Shown here: piece after piece, positions 12,482-24,868 of the stretch
Position numbering within the stretch: the stretch's first letter is position 1
Layout of the letters: the number at the start of each line of letters is the position of its first letter
Origin: Paraspadella gotoi
Taxonomy: Eukaryota; Animalia; Chaetognatha
Direction of reading: 5' to 3'
Length of the DNA stretch: 64,000 nt
Assembly (NCBI GenBank): GCA_051294375.1
Contig: CM119264.1
Span: 11,073,832 to 11,137,831, forward strand
Translations under genes and position numbers: made by a program
Notes under the pieces: generated by a model
Database searches by the model: none
Seen by the model: the letters and a program-made list of their open reading frames with translations, nothing else
What the model was told of the DNA's origin: nothing

Positions 12482-15400
12482 CTAAAAACTGAGAGAACCT
12501 TCCTGGATTCGAGTGAAATCGTCCCGGTTTAGTCGCACGTATCGATCCGCCGTGGCGTCCAAAAAATAAACGTCGTCATCAGTTCTCGTCACGTCGAAGC
12601 CGACGCTTTTGAGGTCGGATTTGATTATCTTGAAAGTACCCGTGATTTCCAAGGGTTTCTTGAGAAGACGCAGAAATATGGGGACGGCGTAAGCGGGCAA
12701 TCGTCTCTTCAATTCTATCAACAACTGATCCAAGTCTAACGCGTCGTAGAAAACGTTCTGATTGACGGTCAATCTTTTCCCATGACCTTTAGCAAAATTG
12801 TTTTGGTACGGAGCACCTTCGCTGTCGCTGACGTTCATGACAGCCATTCCGGCACGGCCCTCCGTACCCGGGACGAGGACTCCGAAAACGGCCACGTCCT
12901 CTCGTCGACCGAGAACCTCGGCGATGACGGCTTCGACCTCGGCAGTCGATACGTTCTCGCCCTTCCAGCGGAAACTATCCCCGATGCGGTCGCGAAAATA
13001 AACGTAGCCTAACTCGTCCATCATCATGATATCGCCAGAGACAAAGGCCCGGTCACCTTAGGAGCGCGCACGATTATTATTAAAAAACTTCTTATTAGAG
13101 AAAACGTTTTTATCTTTACCTTGATACCAGACATTCTTCAAGACTCTCTTATTGCTTGCTTGACGATTGACATAACCATCAAATTGCAGTAATCGATCCC
13201 CTTCTGGGATGCGACCGACCAACTGACCTTCCTCCCCTAAAATTATATGTTTTGAGTGACATGAAAACATACAAATGCCATTTATCTAAAAATCCAGTTA
13301 AGTTTTGCAGACCTGGGAGACAATGAATGCAGAGACCATTTTCGTGACGAAGCACCTGTTCATTATTCTCATCCATTTTTATAATTGAGATAGGATGTAT
13401 TGCTCTGAAGAAATTTAAGTAAATAGAAAAATTAGAAGCGGATTTTTTTTAAATACAAAACAATAGCGGTTAGAACCTGAACAACGGGGTCGTAAAGCCA
13501 ACCGCTCCAATATGGTTGTCGATGTTTAACATATTGGCATTTCCTTCGGTCGAACCATAAAACTCTCTAAAAATATTTAATGTTATATTATGGCAACAGC
13601 CCGGTTGCCTGTTGGCTTTGGGGGCTTCCGACCCTCAGTGACGCATCCAGTCTCTGACGCGGTTACCTTAGGACGGTCTCGCTTTGCCAACGCAGAGGGA
13701 AGTCGTTAGGACTGGATGGAACACTACGCCCGGGATGTGTTCCCCCTCTGAGCCAATGGATTTGGCTGAATGATGGTGGACGTGAGGCGGTGTGAATATA
13801 CCGCCACAATATCATAGTTTTCTGGATTTTTTTTCCTTCGCAGTGCAATACAAATACTTTTTTAGCCTTTTTAGCCTATTTTTAATAGAAAACTTGAAAG
13901 TTCCTTTTTGAATAATAAATATCCAGACTTTAATATGAAGAATAAATTTTAAAAAAATAAACAATCTTAATCTTTTATCATAAAGTAAAGTAGAAGATGA
14001 CTATAAAAGAAGAAGCTAATGGTAGGGGTAGCCGCACTCATTGGGGTGAGTCAAAAATTTAGAGCGAGTACATGCTAAAACGAAATTTATACATTTTATA
14101 CTTTCAATGGACAAAAAATTTCATATTTGTTTTTATGTTAAGTAGGTCAAAAATAAGAAAAACCATAAAAAATCATCATCTTTCGATGATTTTCAGTTTT
14201 TACTGAGAAAATAAGTCTTATATGAACTGAGATATGACTCAAATAAATTAAAAATGACATTTTTTAAAGATTTTTGGGGCTTTTTTTGGTAGTATCTCAA
14301 TAAATATTTATCGTAAAGAGTTGGCAATAGGCTCAAAATAAAGGTCACATCTTATAGTTTCTAGTCCATATATATTAAGTAAAATTATATCATATCATTA
14401 TGGTAAATTATTTAATTAATATTTTTTCAACTTTTTTGGGGGATGATGTGCCTATATTTAAGCTTGAAGAAAAAGAGAGAGATCGAGCCAAGGGTTTTGA
14501 GGGACCCTGAGATTCACAGTGGGCGCGATCTGCGTCGCCGGAGATGCCCTCGCGCCCCGGTCCGGTGTTTCTCGTCGCACCCCCTCCTCATGCTGTTAGG
14601 CGCTTGTCTTCCGTTAGCCCTCGGTTCGGCGCCTCGGGCCGCGCGCGCAGGGGCCGCTGCAACCCGGCACCAGTGGTGTCGGTTCGGGGGTGGACAGCTA
14701 CACGCAGCCCTGGGAGCGAGCGCAACGGCTGGAGGCCTGGAAGTTTTTGAAGGACGCCCTCAACGGGTTTCAAAGGAAATGCAAGGATTCGCTCGCCAGG
14801 AGATGGAAAGATTTCCGCCGGTGAGCCGTTAAATGTGGGATGTTCTTTTATTCGAAGTCGTTTTGCAAATCTTGTTATTTGCCCCTTCGCATCAATTTTT
14901 GTTTCTCTTTCTTTCTTTCTTTCGTTTTTTATTTTTATATTTTTGTTCACACGCCGCGTTTTTTCCCTCGTTACTGAAGGCCTAATGTGGGGGGTTTCGA
15001 ATAAGAATCTGTAATTCTGAATGTGAATTATGATTCTTATCGAAACCGCTCCCACAATTCTCCCGCCGCCAGCCCCTTTCCGCCTCCGGTGGAGTGTGGT
15101 CGCGGGTGTGGTTCGGTTTCCGGTTTTTTTTCTGTGTGTGGTTTAGTTTCAAATATTTTCTTTTTTGCTGATATTTGTGGATAGAGAGAAAGAAAGGGGG
15201 GGTTTCCTCGATTTGATATGTAATCTAATTTCCGTTTTTTTGCTTACGTTTCATGTGATTCTTATCGAACGGACGACTTCCACTTCGCCTTTCCCTTCGC
15301 CCTGGTCCTTACGAGTCCTTCGCTTTCCAGAGAGAGTCCCGCCACGGCTCCTGCCTCGCCTCTAGACGCAAACGCGTCGCCTTCACCGCCTGGACGGCAC

Positions 15401-18400
15401 ATGCGGCGTCGCACTCAGCTCCGGGACTGGAACAAAACCCCATCGGGAATGGAGAGGTTGAGGTCCGACCCAGACGTCGATCGGCTTTCTACGCCTTGCA
15501 GCCGCCGCCAAGGAGCGGCGTCGCCGTCTGAATGGAGTTTTCGAAGCAATGGCGTTTCGCTTCGTCACGTCTCGGATCAGGGGAGTTGCGAGAAGCTGGA
15601 AGTCTCGACAAACCTCCGCAACCTCGCGCCTTCGTCGTTGGGTTTTGGACCACGCCTCACGCGGCGTCGTTTCCACTTTCAGATCAACGACGGGTGTCTT
15701 TGAATCCCGCCTTCCGAAGCGGCTATCTACACCAGTTATCCTGTCTACGCGTCAAACATTTACGCACGATGGCAGGAGGCGGGCGCGTCGGGTCACGCCG
15801 CTCTTTTTTGTCGGCCAGACGAGCTACGCGCCTTTTGTCGGACGCCAATCAAAGGCGGGTATTTCAGCGGATCAGGTGGGTGGAGCGCATCTTCCTCGCT
15901 GGCTTCGCCCCTACGCGATATTGCGTCCATCCAGGCAACCGCGTTCAAACGCTGCGCTTTTGGAAGTTTGAACGTTCGGTTTTGTCGAAGGCGCCGTCGC
16001 GAATCTGCGTGGGCGTGCAGTCGCCGCTCCACGAGAGGTTTTTCTTTCGGAAATCGCTCGGATCAAGTTTCGTCAGAGGGTCAACGCCGCTTAATCCGAT
16101 CCGCCGCACGCCCTCGTTTCTTGATAACGTCGTCAAGGTTCAAAGCGTCGAAGTCCAACTTCCAAGCCGCGGAAGAGCGGCAAGAGCCCTACTCGTTCAA
16201 AGTCGGGAAACGGCAGGACAGGGGAGCCCCCAAGCCTGCGAAATGACGGGTTTCTCCGCGATGCAGTCGCCGTCGTCCGCTGCAGGCCCTGCTTCAAGAT
16301 CGGATTCGTCAGGTCGGCCGACCTCTCCAATTTTGACAAACATTTCGGGCTTCAAGATCGCCGATGCGAGGCGGATCCCACCCGTCTTCCCGTCCTGACG
16401 ACGGCGACGCATCTTTAAGCGAGAGGGACAGCGCGGTCGAAGCGGAAATCTCCGCCGCCTTAGGAGAAGGGTTGCGGATCGGGAGGTAGAGGCCTCTCCG
16501 GGTTTTTACTCCAGGATCTTTCTTGTAGCCGAAGAAGGAATGGAGGGTGGAGGCCCATTCTCACCTGAAGCGTCCTTCAACGCCCGCTTTTCCCTCTCAC
16601 CTCCGTATTTCCGCATGGAGGGGTCCAAGGAAGAAATGTTTCGAACGGGGAGATGGGGCGCCTCAATCGACTACGCGAACGCTTATCTCCCCCTTCCGCT
16701 TCACCGAGAGCATCGAAAGTTTTGTCGATTCATTTGGAAGGGTCGGATCCTTCCAGTACAGGTTCTTCCCTTCGGTTTGGCGACGGGCCCGTGGCTTCTT
16801 CACGAAGACAACGCGCCCGCTAGTTCAATGGTTTGAGGCAGAGGCTTTCGTTGTCTCTTCTATAATGACGACATCCTCATCCTGGGCTCATCCGAAGGAG
16901 GAGTGTCACCAAGCGACGTTGAGGGCGGCCAACTGCTCTTGGAAGGCGGGTTTTTCATTCCCACCGGGAGAAGTCGAGCCTGACTCCTCTCAGTCCTTCG
17001 ATTTCCCTCGGTTTTTCATTGGGACGGTCGCTTCATCAGCTCTCGCTTCCGCGCCCAAGTTTTGGAATCGATCCCGGATTTAGCGACTTCACTCCCTTTC
17101 GTCGTCTCTCCCGCCGCGGCGTTTAGTCCTTCAGTTTCTCGGACTACGCCACGGCGGCCACGCTTCGCAGTTCCGCTTCTCCGTTGCCACTTCGCCCAGG
17201 ATTCAAAGGAACGTCACACGCGTCCTACACTCCGAGAAGGATGCTGATCGCCAATCGCTGTTAGACGCTTCAGCGCGGGAAGGATAGAGTGGTGGCAGTC
17301 CGCTTCGCCTGGAGGACTGCGTCGCGCCGGTGGACACGAATTCTGCTCCCAGAAGATTGCGCCCACAGTAGTGAACGACGGATGCGCTCGCAGGAAGGTT
17401 GGGGCATCCTTTTCCAGGGAGAGCTTCACAGTGGGACCTGGGAGGCTGCCAGATGTCCATCACCATAGTCAATGTGAAGGAGTTCATGGTGTTTGAAGAA
17501 TCTTCTCTCTCGATTCGGAGCTCTTTCTGAGAAATACGAATCTCCTTTGGGGTAGGCCCGACAAGCCTGGTGTCGTTGCTCTGTCTCCAGCACGTGCAGC
17601 CGTTCGCGGAGGCTACACGAGGTTGTCCCGGGAGTCTCTGGCTGAATGCCCATACCTGGGAATGCCGTATCAAATCACCGGGAGTCACCGTCGTCAGAGG
17701 AAGAACTTGGTGATCTGGAGTCGGCGTCTAGGGGACGCACCTATTGGCGGATTGGCCATCTCCTTCCACGGATCTTCCGTCAAGATCTGCGAGACCTTCG
17801 CACTCCCTCCATCGATCCTTTTTGCGACGAAGGACTCGACGCAGGTGCGCCGTTTCCTTCCTGGAAGGCGGGGCGCCAACGGATGGGTGGTTGGACGCTC
17901 TTCGCGCCAATTTGGATCTTCGATCGGCATTTCTCTGTTTCCATCCACGCACCATCTCTCCCGAGCGTCATCCGGAAGCTGGAGGAGTCGTCGGGGATCT
18001 TCCTTCTGACGCACCCTTTCTGCCAGCCCAGAAGTGGTTCCCGTCGTTTGTTGAACCTGAAGATTCTGGAGGCTCGACGCCTTCGGTCCCGGAGGAATCG
18101 CCGTCTTCGACCTCAGCACAGGATCTCCGCCGCCCGCAAAGCCGACGTCTCAAGCTGGTCGTTGGGAGATTTTCCGGCGGGCGAACCGACCTCGACGACC
18201 TCACGACTCGGCTTCGACAATTCAATCGCCGACAGCTTGGAGAGGCTCCGACGCGAGATCGTTACGCCTCGAGCCTGGACCTCCTTCTGCTTCTTTCCTT
18301 CAATGTGAAAAGGAAGTTCGAGGACTTGATGCGTCTCTGAAGATGTTCTGGAAAGTACCTACCCATCTCGTTGGGTTAGGCTTGTCGTCAGCACGGTGAA

Positions 18401-21400
18401 CCTTCACCGCTCAGCGATTTCGGCCACCTTGCCGGCACAGGGATTCGTACTCGGTGGGGGATCACCCCCTCGTTCGAACGTTTTCTCAAGGGGAGCTCGA
18501 GCGGGAGTCCCCCTACTTCGCCGGATGTTTCCTCCGTGGGATGCGGCGTTGGTTCTACGCGTTATTTGGACGTCGTCGCCTCGGACCGCCGTCTCCCCGC
18601 TCACGTTTCTTCCGGCGCTCTCATCTTTTTCTTTGGCAGCTGTTTCGGCCAGGAGGCCGTCGGAGATAGTTTCCCGCTTAAGTGTGATCAAGCCACTGCT
18701 CGCTCGGCCGCGGATAAATGGGCTTTTTGTTTTCGTCCAAGCTTTTCCAAGCAATCGCGTTGGCACATGGCCCGTCTTCAGGGTGGGGAAGCCCTGCCGG
18801 CGTCATCGCGTTGCCCCATTGCGGCTCTGAGGGGAGTGGCTTCGAGTCCGCGAATGTTTAGGCCGAGCCGTCTCAACGTTTTCCTTTTCTGCGCCCCATT
18901 TCGCCGCCCTTTACTCCGTTCGCCTCAACGGTTTGCGGCGATCCTAAAGGCGCTCTTTTTGGAGGCGAATGTCGACGCTCGCCAGGAATCTACTCGTGCC
19001 ATGGCGGTCCTCGGAAGCTTCGCCCGCGGGCGTCGATCTCGGCGTCATTCTCAGGGCCGGAGAGCTGGTCCGGAGATCAGACCTTCTTCCGGTTTTATGC
19101 GGGACGTCTCATGGGGCGCTTCGTTTGGCGTTTCTGCGGATAGTGACGCGTGCCCCGGCTCAGCAGCACTTCGACAGAGTGATGCAGCGTCGGGACTGGG
19201 CCCTGCAAGCAGCTCTGCTGCCGCTGAGGCCGTGAGAAGTATTTTTTCGTTTGACTTTTGTTTCTGTTTCACAATGTCTGGGTACAGAGCGGTGTCCTCG
19301 CCTTTTGGGGAGACAAAAGGTAATGTGGGGGGGGTTTCGATAAGAATCTAATTCCATTCAGAATTAAACAGATTTTTCTTANNNNNNNNNNNNNNNNNNN
19401 NNNNNNNNNNNNNNNNNNNNNNNNNNNNNNNNNNNNNNNNNNNNNNNNNNNNNNNNNNNNNNNNNNNNNNNNNNNNNNNNNTTTTTCCTATATAGTAATA
19501 TAATATTTTTAATTAGGCTAGTATGCTCAGAAGAAAGCATTTTTTACAAAAAATATTTTAATACTATAATCTATGCTCATGATAGATTATTTTAACGCTG
19601 TCTACATTAGCATTTAAATTTCATCGATAATGGCTACTAATGGTACTTTTCTTACATTCTTATTTCGGAAGACGTCAGTATCGATTTAAATTTTAATTGG
19701 ACCTCTTATCGCGGAGAAATCTTAAAAGCATCAAAATCTCGCCCGTCTTTTTCAACACAATTGCTTTTTATTATTTTCGCCGATTTTGACTGCCACTTAC
19801 AAATCTATAAATCCTGTGGTTAATTTAAAATTTTTTTAAAGTTCTTCCTTTCATTTTCTTTTAAAATAAAAAAAATGTGATGCAAACCGGATTATTTTAT
19901 GTCAAAATTATTATGAGACAAAAAAGGAAAATGGGAAACTGCTCTCTAAGTAGCCATAGCCAATGAAATTTAAATGCTAATGTATACAACGTTAAAATAA
20001 TCTATCATGACCATAGATTATGGTATTAAAATATTTTTTGTCTAAAATGCTTTTTTCTGAGGGTACTCGCCTAATTAAAAATATATTTACTATATAGAGC
20101 AAAAAATATTTTTTTTTAAATCTTTAAATTTTTTGATGGATTCTGATAGAGCATAAAAAGTTAAACAAGAAATATAATTACAGCTTTTAAAAATTCTTAT
20201 ATTTTCTTTAAGTGAAAATATAAAAAAAACTAGATAAAATTATCGAAAGATGATTGATTTTACAGTTTTTTCTTATTTTTGACACACTTATCGTAAAAAT
20301 ATTTAAAAAAGAATCATACTTTGTACTTTTTATGAGCTAGCTGAATCTGGTCTTAAAATTTAAAAATTCAAAAAAAAATTTTTGGCCTTTCTTATCTATA
20401 AATAAATTTTTAAAAATTAATTACTATGGTATAGAGCCATATTAAAAATTTTTTGTCCATTGAAAGTATTAAAAATGTCTAAATATTCGTTTGAGCATGT
20501 ACTCACTCTAAATTTTTGACTTACCCTATTGAGTGTGGCTACCCCTACTCTAAGGAATAGAAAGGAAAGAAAGAATAGAAAGGAAAGAAAGAATAGAAAA
20601 GAAAGAAAGAATAGAAAGGAAAAAAAGAAAAGAAAAGAAAGAAAAAATAGAAAGGAAAGAAAGAAAAGAAAGAATAGAAAGGAAAGAAAGAATAGAAAAG
20701 AAAGAAAAAAAAAGAGTGACGAGAAGAAAGAATGAAATAAAAACCCGATGTTGCGATAGCTAAATGATAACATTCAAGAATGCGATGCCTAATTTTACGA
20801 GCTCAATCCTAATTAAAGTTTTTTTTTAATAAAAACGCAGAGAAAAGCCAAATCGTTTTCGGACGAATCAGCAGAAGCAGCAAGAGAAAACTTTTTCTTT
20901 GTCAAATAAACTGATCAGCAGACGCAGCCCCTGAGAAAAAAAAAGAAAGAGAGAGAGAGAGAGAAGCCAAATCGTTTTCGGACGAATCAGCAGCGGTAGC
21001 AGCAGAGGCACCCAGAAAAAAAGAAAAATCAAAAGGCAGCAGCAGAAGCAGCAGGAGAAAAGAGAGAAAAAGAAGAGCTGTAGACTCTTTTTTCCCTATG
21101 AATCAGTGACAAGGGAAAAGAGATAGGGAGAGAGACATGTAATTAAAAGAGAAAAGAGAGAGAGAGAAAGAAATATAAAAATAAAAGAGAAACATAAAAC
21201 ATATTTAATAACTGTCCAGACACTATTTTAAGCACATCGATGATGAGAAGCTGTATAAAAATTTTCAGCTTCATACACCCAAATTTAATCATAAAAAAGG
21301 CGATCTATAATTTGGAAAGCTGACGACGACGACGACGACGCCACTTATGCGCAAAAGCGTTACAATATCGTCGCAAAGTGGTTTTAAGATTCTACAAAAC

Positions 21401-24073
21401 TCAAAAGGGATTAGACTTTTCCCCTGGCTTATTTGATATCAAAATCTATATCAAATGCCATAAAAAGAATAGGACAACTCTTCAGACACAATGATATCGG
21501 AATCGCGAGTTTTTAAAACTTTTCTACCAGAATATCTCTCAATCGCGTTTGTAAAATTGGTTGTCAGATACGAAAGGAATTGTCTATTATTTTTAAAGCC
21601 GAGCTAGCTGCCTTTGAAAAACTTACCCAATTTGTTTAATGCCAAATCGGCTTTGAAAGTTTGTCCATAAAAGAGGTCTGAGTCCGTTACCTACGGCAAG
21701 TCGAACTTTGTGAAACGTATCAGACTTCTTGGACGGTTGAGCTAAGAGGTACCGACATATCTCACCTACGTTACCAAAAAAGTAATAATTAAATAAAAAT
21801 GGGTTGGAAATTTAATAAACAAGGAACGGTTATTCTAATGTGTTGCGCCGCATTACTTTTCTTTTTACTTTTTACTTTTTACTTTTTTTTAAAAAACAAA
21901 AGGCGGCGAAAGTAGTCGCTTAGATTTGATTTTTAACAAATGAGCAAGTTATAAGCGTTTTTAACGTATGTGGGACAGACCGACGGACAGACATACCGAC
22001 CGACAGACCGACCGAAAAGTGACTTATAGAGTTGCTCCGCGAGTACTCGCGACGCAACTAAAAATTATAAATTCGAAGTTTCTTACCGATATATTGAATA
22101 ACAGTGACATCGTATTTACGGCAATCGTCCCAAAAATTTCGAGCGGAAAATTTTTTGGGCAACACGACGGAACAACCATGCATCAAGGCAAGTCCGACTC
22201 CCACGTTATTTCCTGACCAGGCGAAAAGGTTTTTTTTAGTGTTTATTATCAAAGATGGACTTGATCTCACCCAATCGTCAGGTACGGGACCCGGGATTAC
22301 GGTCACGATAGAAAAATTTGGTAGAGCCCCGTTAAATCGTACCGGCAGCATGGTAAAGTGGCAAGCAGCAATAAACTACATCGTCTGGAGTGATGTTAAA
22401 CGCTTTCCTCATGGCGAAATGAGACACGTAATAGCGTTGTTGACGTATGATGGCAGCTTTGGGCAAGCCTAAAAAGTTAAGAATTATTCTTTATATAAGG
22501 CACATCATCGAAATAGACTTGGTTGGCCTAGTGATGTGATTGCTCGTCTCCTTCACGAATCACCAGAATGCCGACGAACTACAGACCTTAGACTGATCAT
22601 TGGTCAGTGACCAATGACCGACAGAGGAACCGACGGAGGGATTAACGGTCGACATCCAAACTCAAGAAAGAACTGGTTAATATTGTCATCACCTTTGTTG
22701 TAACCTTTGTCATCGTTACCTTTGTCATCACCTTAATCATTGTTTGTCGTTAGTAAAACTATTGTCAACCTGAAACTTGCCTTCACTTATTATTTACACT
22801 CCTTATTGACTAAATGTCAACGGCAAAGGTCATACAAAACAAAATAAATTTAAACATTACAGGAGATAATTTTCAACAATTTGTCAATCTGTTTATGCGT
22901 AAATTGGAAAATTAACAAAAAATGTATTCACCCACTTATAAGAGAGAATATACAAGTACTAATACAGATTTTAAGCTTCAGCTATCAACCACGTCCCGTC
23001 TTTTATTGTTATCACCTGTAGTCCCTGAGGTAAAAATGAAGCTCAAAATGTCTCCAAAAGTCGTCTTGGCTCTGGCTTCGTAAGGCACGGGTTTAGGCGA
23101 TTGTTTAAAAATGTCAGTTTTGAAGTCGCAAGGTAATTCGGAGTCATATCGTAAAAGGGTGAAACCGATGGGCAGAAGATGACGGGCATTGTCAACGGCG
23201 GCCGAATGAGCTTCGTCGTAGATCAAACATTTAGCGTCGACAGACTAAGCACACAAGTTTCCAATTACTACGTCTAACAATTGACGTACTACTAATACAA
23301 CGAGTGCTCTTTTGTAAAAATAATACTTTCAAATGCTTCATTTGTCTAAAATTTGTCAAATTTCAAATTTTCGACTTGAATTCGTCGATTTTTTCTTTCG
23401 AAAACAGATTCTCTCTGTATCTATCATCGCTTCAAAATGAGATTTAGAAAAACTCACCATTATGGAATGCGTTAGACTTTGCAATCGCAGTTTAGAGTTG
23501 ATTAACGCGACAGGAACCCCTAACTTTGAAAGACCCAACCAAAAACATATAAATTCTGGTCGGGACTCCATCAAAAGCCCCACAACGGGGAGGTCGGAAT
23601 ATCCGTGTTCAAGAAAAAATCGCGCGATGCGATTGCTCATCTCGTCGACCTAAATAAAAAATGTAGGCAAGTTTATTTAAGAAATAAAAACACGTCGAAT
23701 GCTTAAAAAGGTTGACCTGAACGAAAGTCCATTTTTGATCTTGGTAGAAAAAGCAGACTTTGTCGCCGAATTTCGCAACAGTTTTTGCGAACAAAGACGG
23801 AATGTTTTCCCCGTTGGACACGTGCTTTCTAATAATCAGTTTCATTCGGGCGAGGATGGAAATCCCTTTGAGGTCTCGAGTTAAGGTTCGCAACAAGATT
23901 ATCGTCGTGCGCCATCCTCCGAGCGCCAAAGAGGCGGCGACGAAGGCGGAGAACGTTCGAATAGCGAGATCGTAAACTCCTAGGGACTTGCGATCGCTAA
24001 AGACAGCTATGCAGATGGCTATAGCGCTAGACAGCCAGTAACGAAACTTTTCAATCTCTCTCCACAACTTCAT
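12482..24073 (-). CDS. Long-chain fatty acid transport protein / very-long-chain acyl-CoA synthetase (FATP, SLC27A family), about 8 exons with an 8.5-kb intron
   Basis: [23 protein letters not shown]|LPKAA (AMP-binding), [81 protein letters not shown]. Confidence 0.93.
13592..13807. other. GC-rich, highly self-complementary ~215-nt intronic element (structured ncRNA or SINE-like)
   Basis: At least six 6-9 bp helices readable by eye, two of them crossing. The minus-strand end GGGCTGTTGCCATAATATAA resembles RTE-type LINE/SINE tails (recalled, unverified). Confidence 0.45.
14465..19381 (+). mobile_element. DIRS-type tyrosine-recombinase retrotransposon (Gag-like, RT, RNase H, methyltransferase-like, YR); frameshifted in this assembly, right end runs into an N gap
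   Basis: Across frames: [15 protein letters not shown] (~16501), [33 protein letters not shown] (16861), TDA..GWG (~17378), PSIDxFAT (~17805), CPIAAL (~18812), STRAMA (~18989), [11 protein letters not shown]. Inverted terminal motif at 15001-15056 versus 19325-19381. Left boundary approximate. Confidence 0.85.
19382..19481. other. Assembly gap
   Basis: 100 N bases. Confidence 1.
20553..20715. repeat. Purine-rich 18-bp minisatellite (AAGAATAGAAAGGAAAGA)n
   Basis: About 9 imperfect tandem copies. They generate the spurious RKERKN and FLSFLF ORFs. Confidence 0.9.
21815..22064 (+). mobile_element. Helitron/Helentron-like non-autonomous element end (DINE-1/HINE-like)
   Basis: (GACC/GACA)n microsatellite followed by the terminal hairpin GTTGCTCCGCGAGTACTCGCGACGCAAC. 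Inverted homologue at 53545-53820 and a fragment at ~59587-59655. Confidence 0.6.
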
Positions 24074-24868
24074 TTTGGTTTAGTCACTCGCTATTACAAG
24101 TGACGACCATGGCTTGATTAATTTATTTACCCGTGACAAAATATGTCGTCTTGACCGCTGACTAAACTTGCGGAAAAAAATGAAAATGGCATTTTGGTGA
24201 TGGTTATTTAAAATTGCGAATAATTTAGTCTATTCCGTATTCTCATGCATTAAAAAGACAGCGATATAGTTTTGTTGAAAATGTTCAATTTCACTACGAG
24301 ACAACAAAAATTAAGACTATGAAGTAAAACAATTACGCAACAGTAGCAAACAAAAGCAGCCGGCGAAATAGAAATATTATAATTATTATTGTTAACCAAG
24401 GACTTGGTTTGAATCATATTTCGCGAGTACTTTTGGACAGAGGACCACTCTTCTCGTTATTCCAATAATGGTACCACCCTAAAAAGTTACTATTGTTGAC
24501 AAATAATGCTCTTAAATTCAACGTGATATGACAGTCTCAAATGACAGAAGTAAAAAATATTATTTAATGATGTGAAGGTAAAGGTTTTTTGCTCCTAGTT
24601 CAATTTTGAAAACATTTCATTAGTCAAATGGTAATTTGATTATTTTTAAAATTTTAACCGAATAAAAAACGATCGAATAATTTTGGAATCATCGTAACCG
24701 TCATAAATAATAGCAACAAAAACAAAATGGCTGCTGTAAAACGTAATACTAGCTAAAAAATAGTTTCATTCACTGAAATAAAATAGAGATCACTGTTTGT
24801 CAAAAACCAAATTAATTTTTGCTCAACATAAATGCAGAATGGATCTACTGGAGTTTTTTGAAGTTCTT

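Larger units (their letters stand above)
14023..20547. mobile_element. Long-TIR DNA element hosting the DIRS insertion
   Basis: TA-GGGGTAGCCGCACTCA...TTTCAATGGACAAAAAATTT (14023-14120) is the inverse of AAATTTTTTGTCCATTGAAA...TGAGTGTGGCTACCCC-TA (20446-20547). A further inverted match pairs 14146-14190 with 20245-20283. Confidence 0.75.

Noticed and set aside
13640-13720. Twister ribozyme or RNase MRP/P reading of the structured element (GTCCTAA, GGAAGTC motifs)
   Set aside because: Required partners are missing (no GAAGG/GC pseudoknot pairs for twister; no CR-V complement for RNase P/MRP). Kept only as an unclassified structured element.
20417-20773. ORFs with FLSFLF / RKERKN repeats
   Set aside because: Translations of an 18-bp minisatellite.
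22514-22640. A-box-like TGGCCTAGTGA (possible SINE head); also a reverse B-box-like motif at ~50718-50729
   Set aside because: No partner box or cloverleaf, and no second copy in the window.
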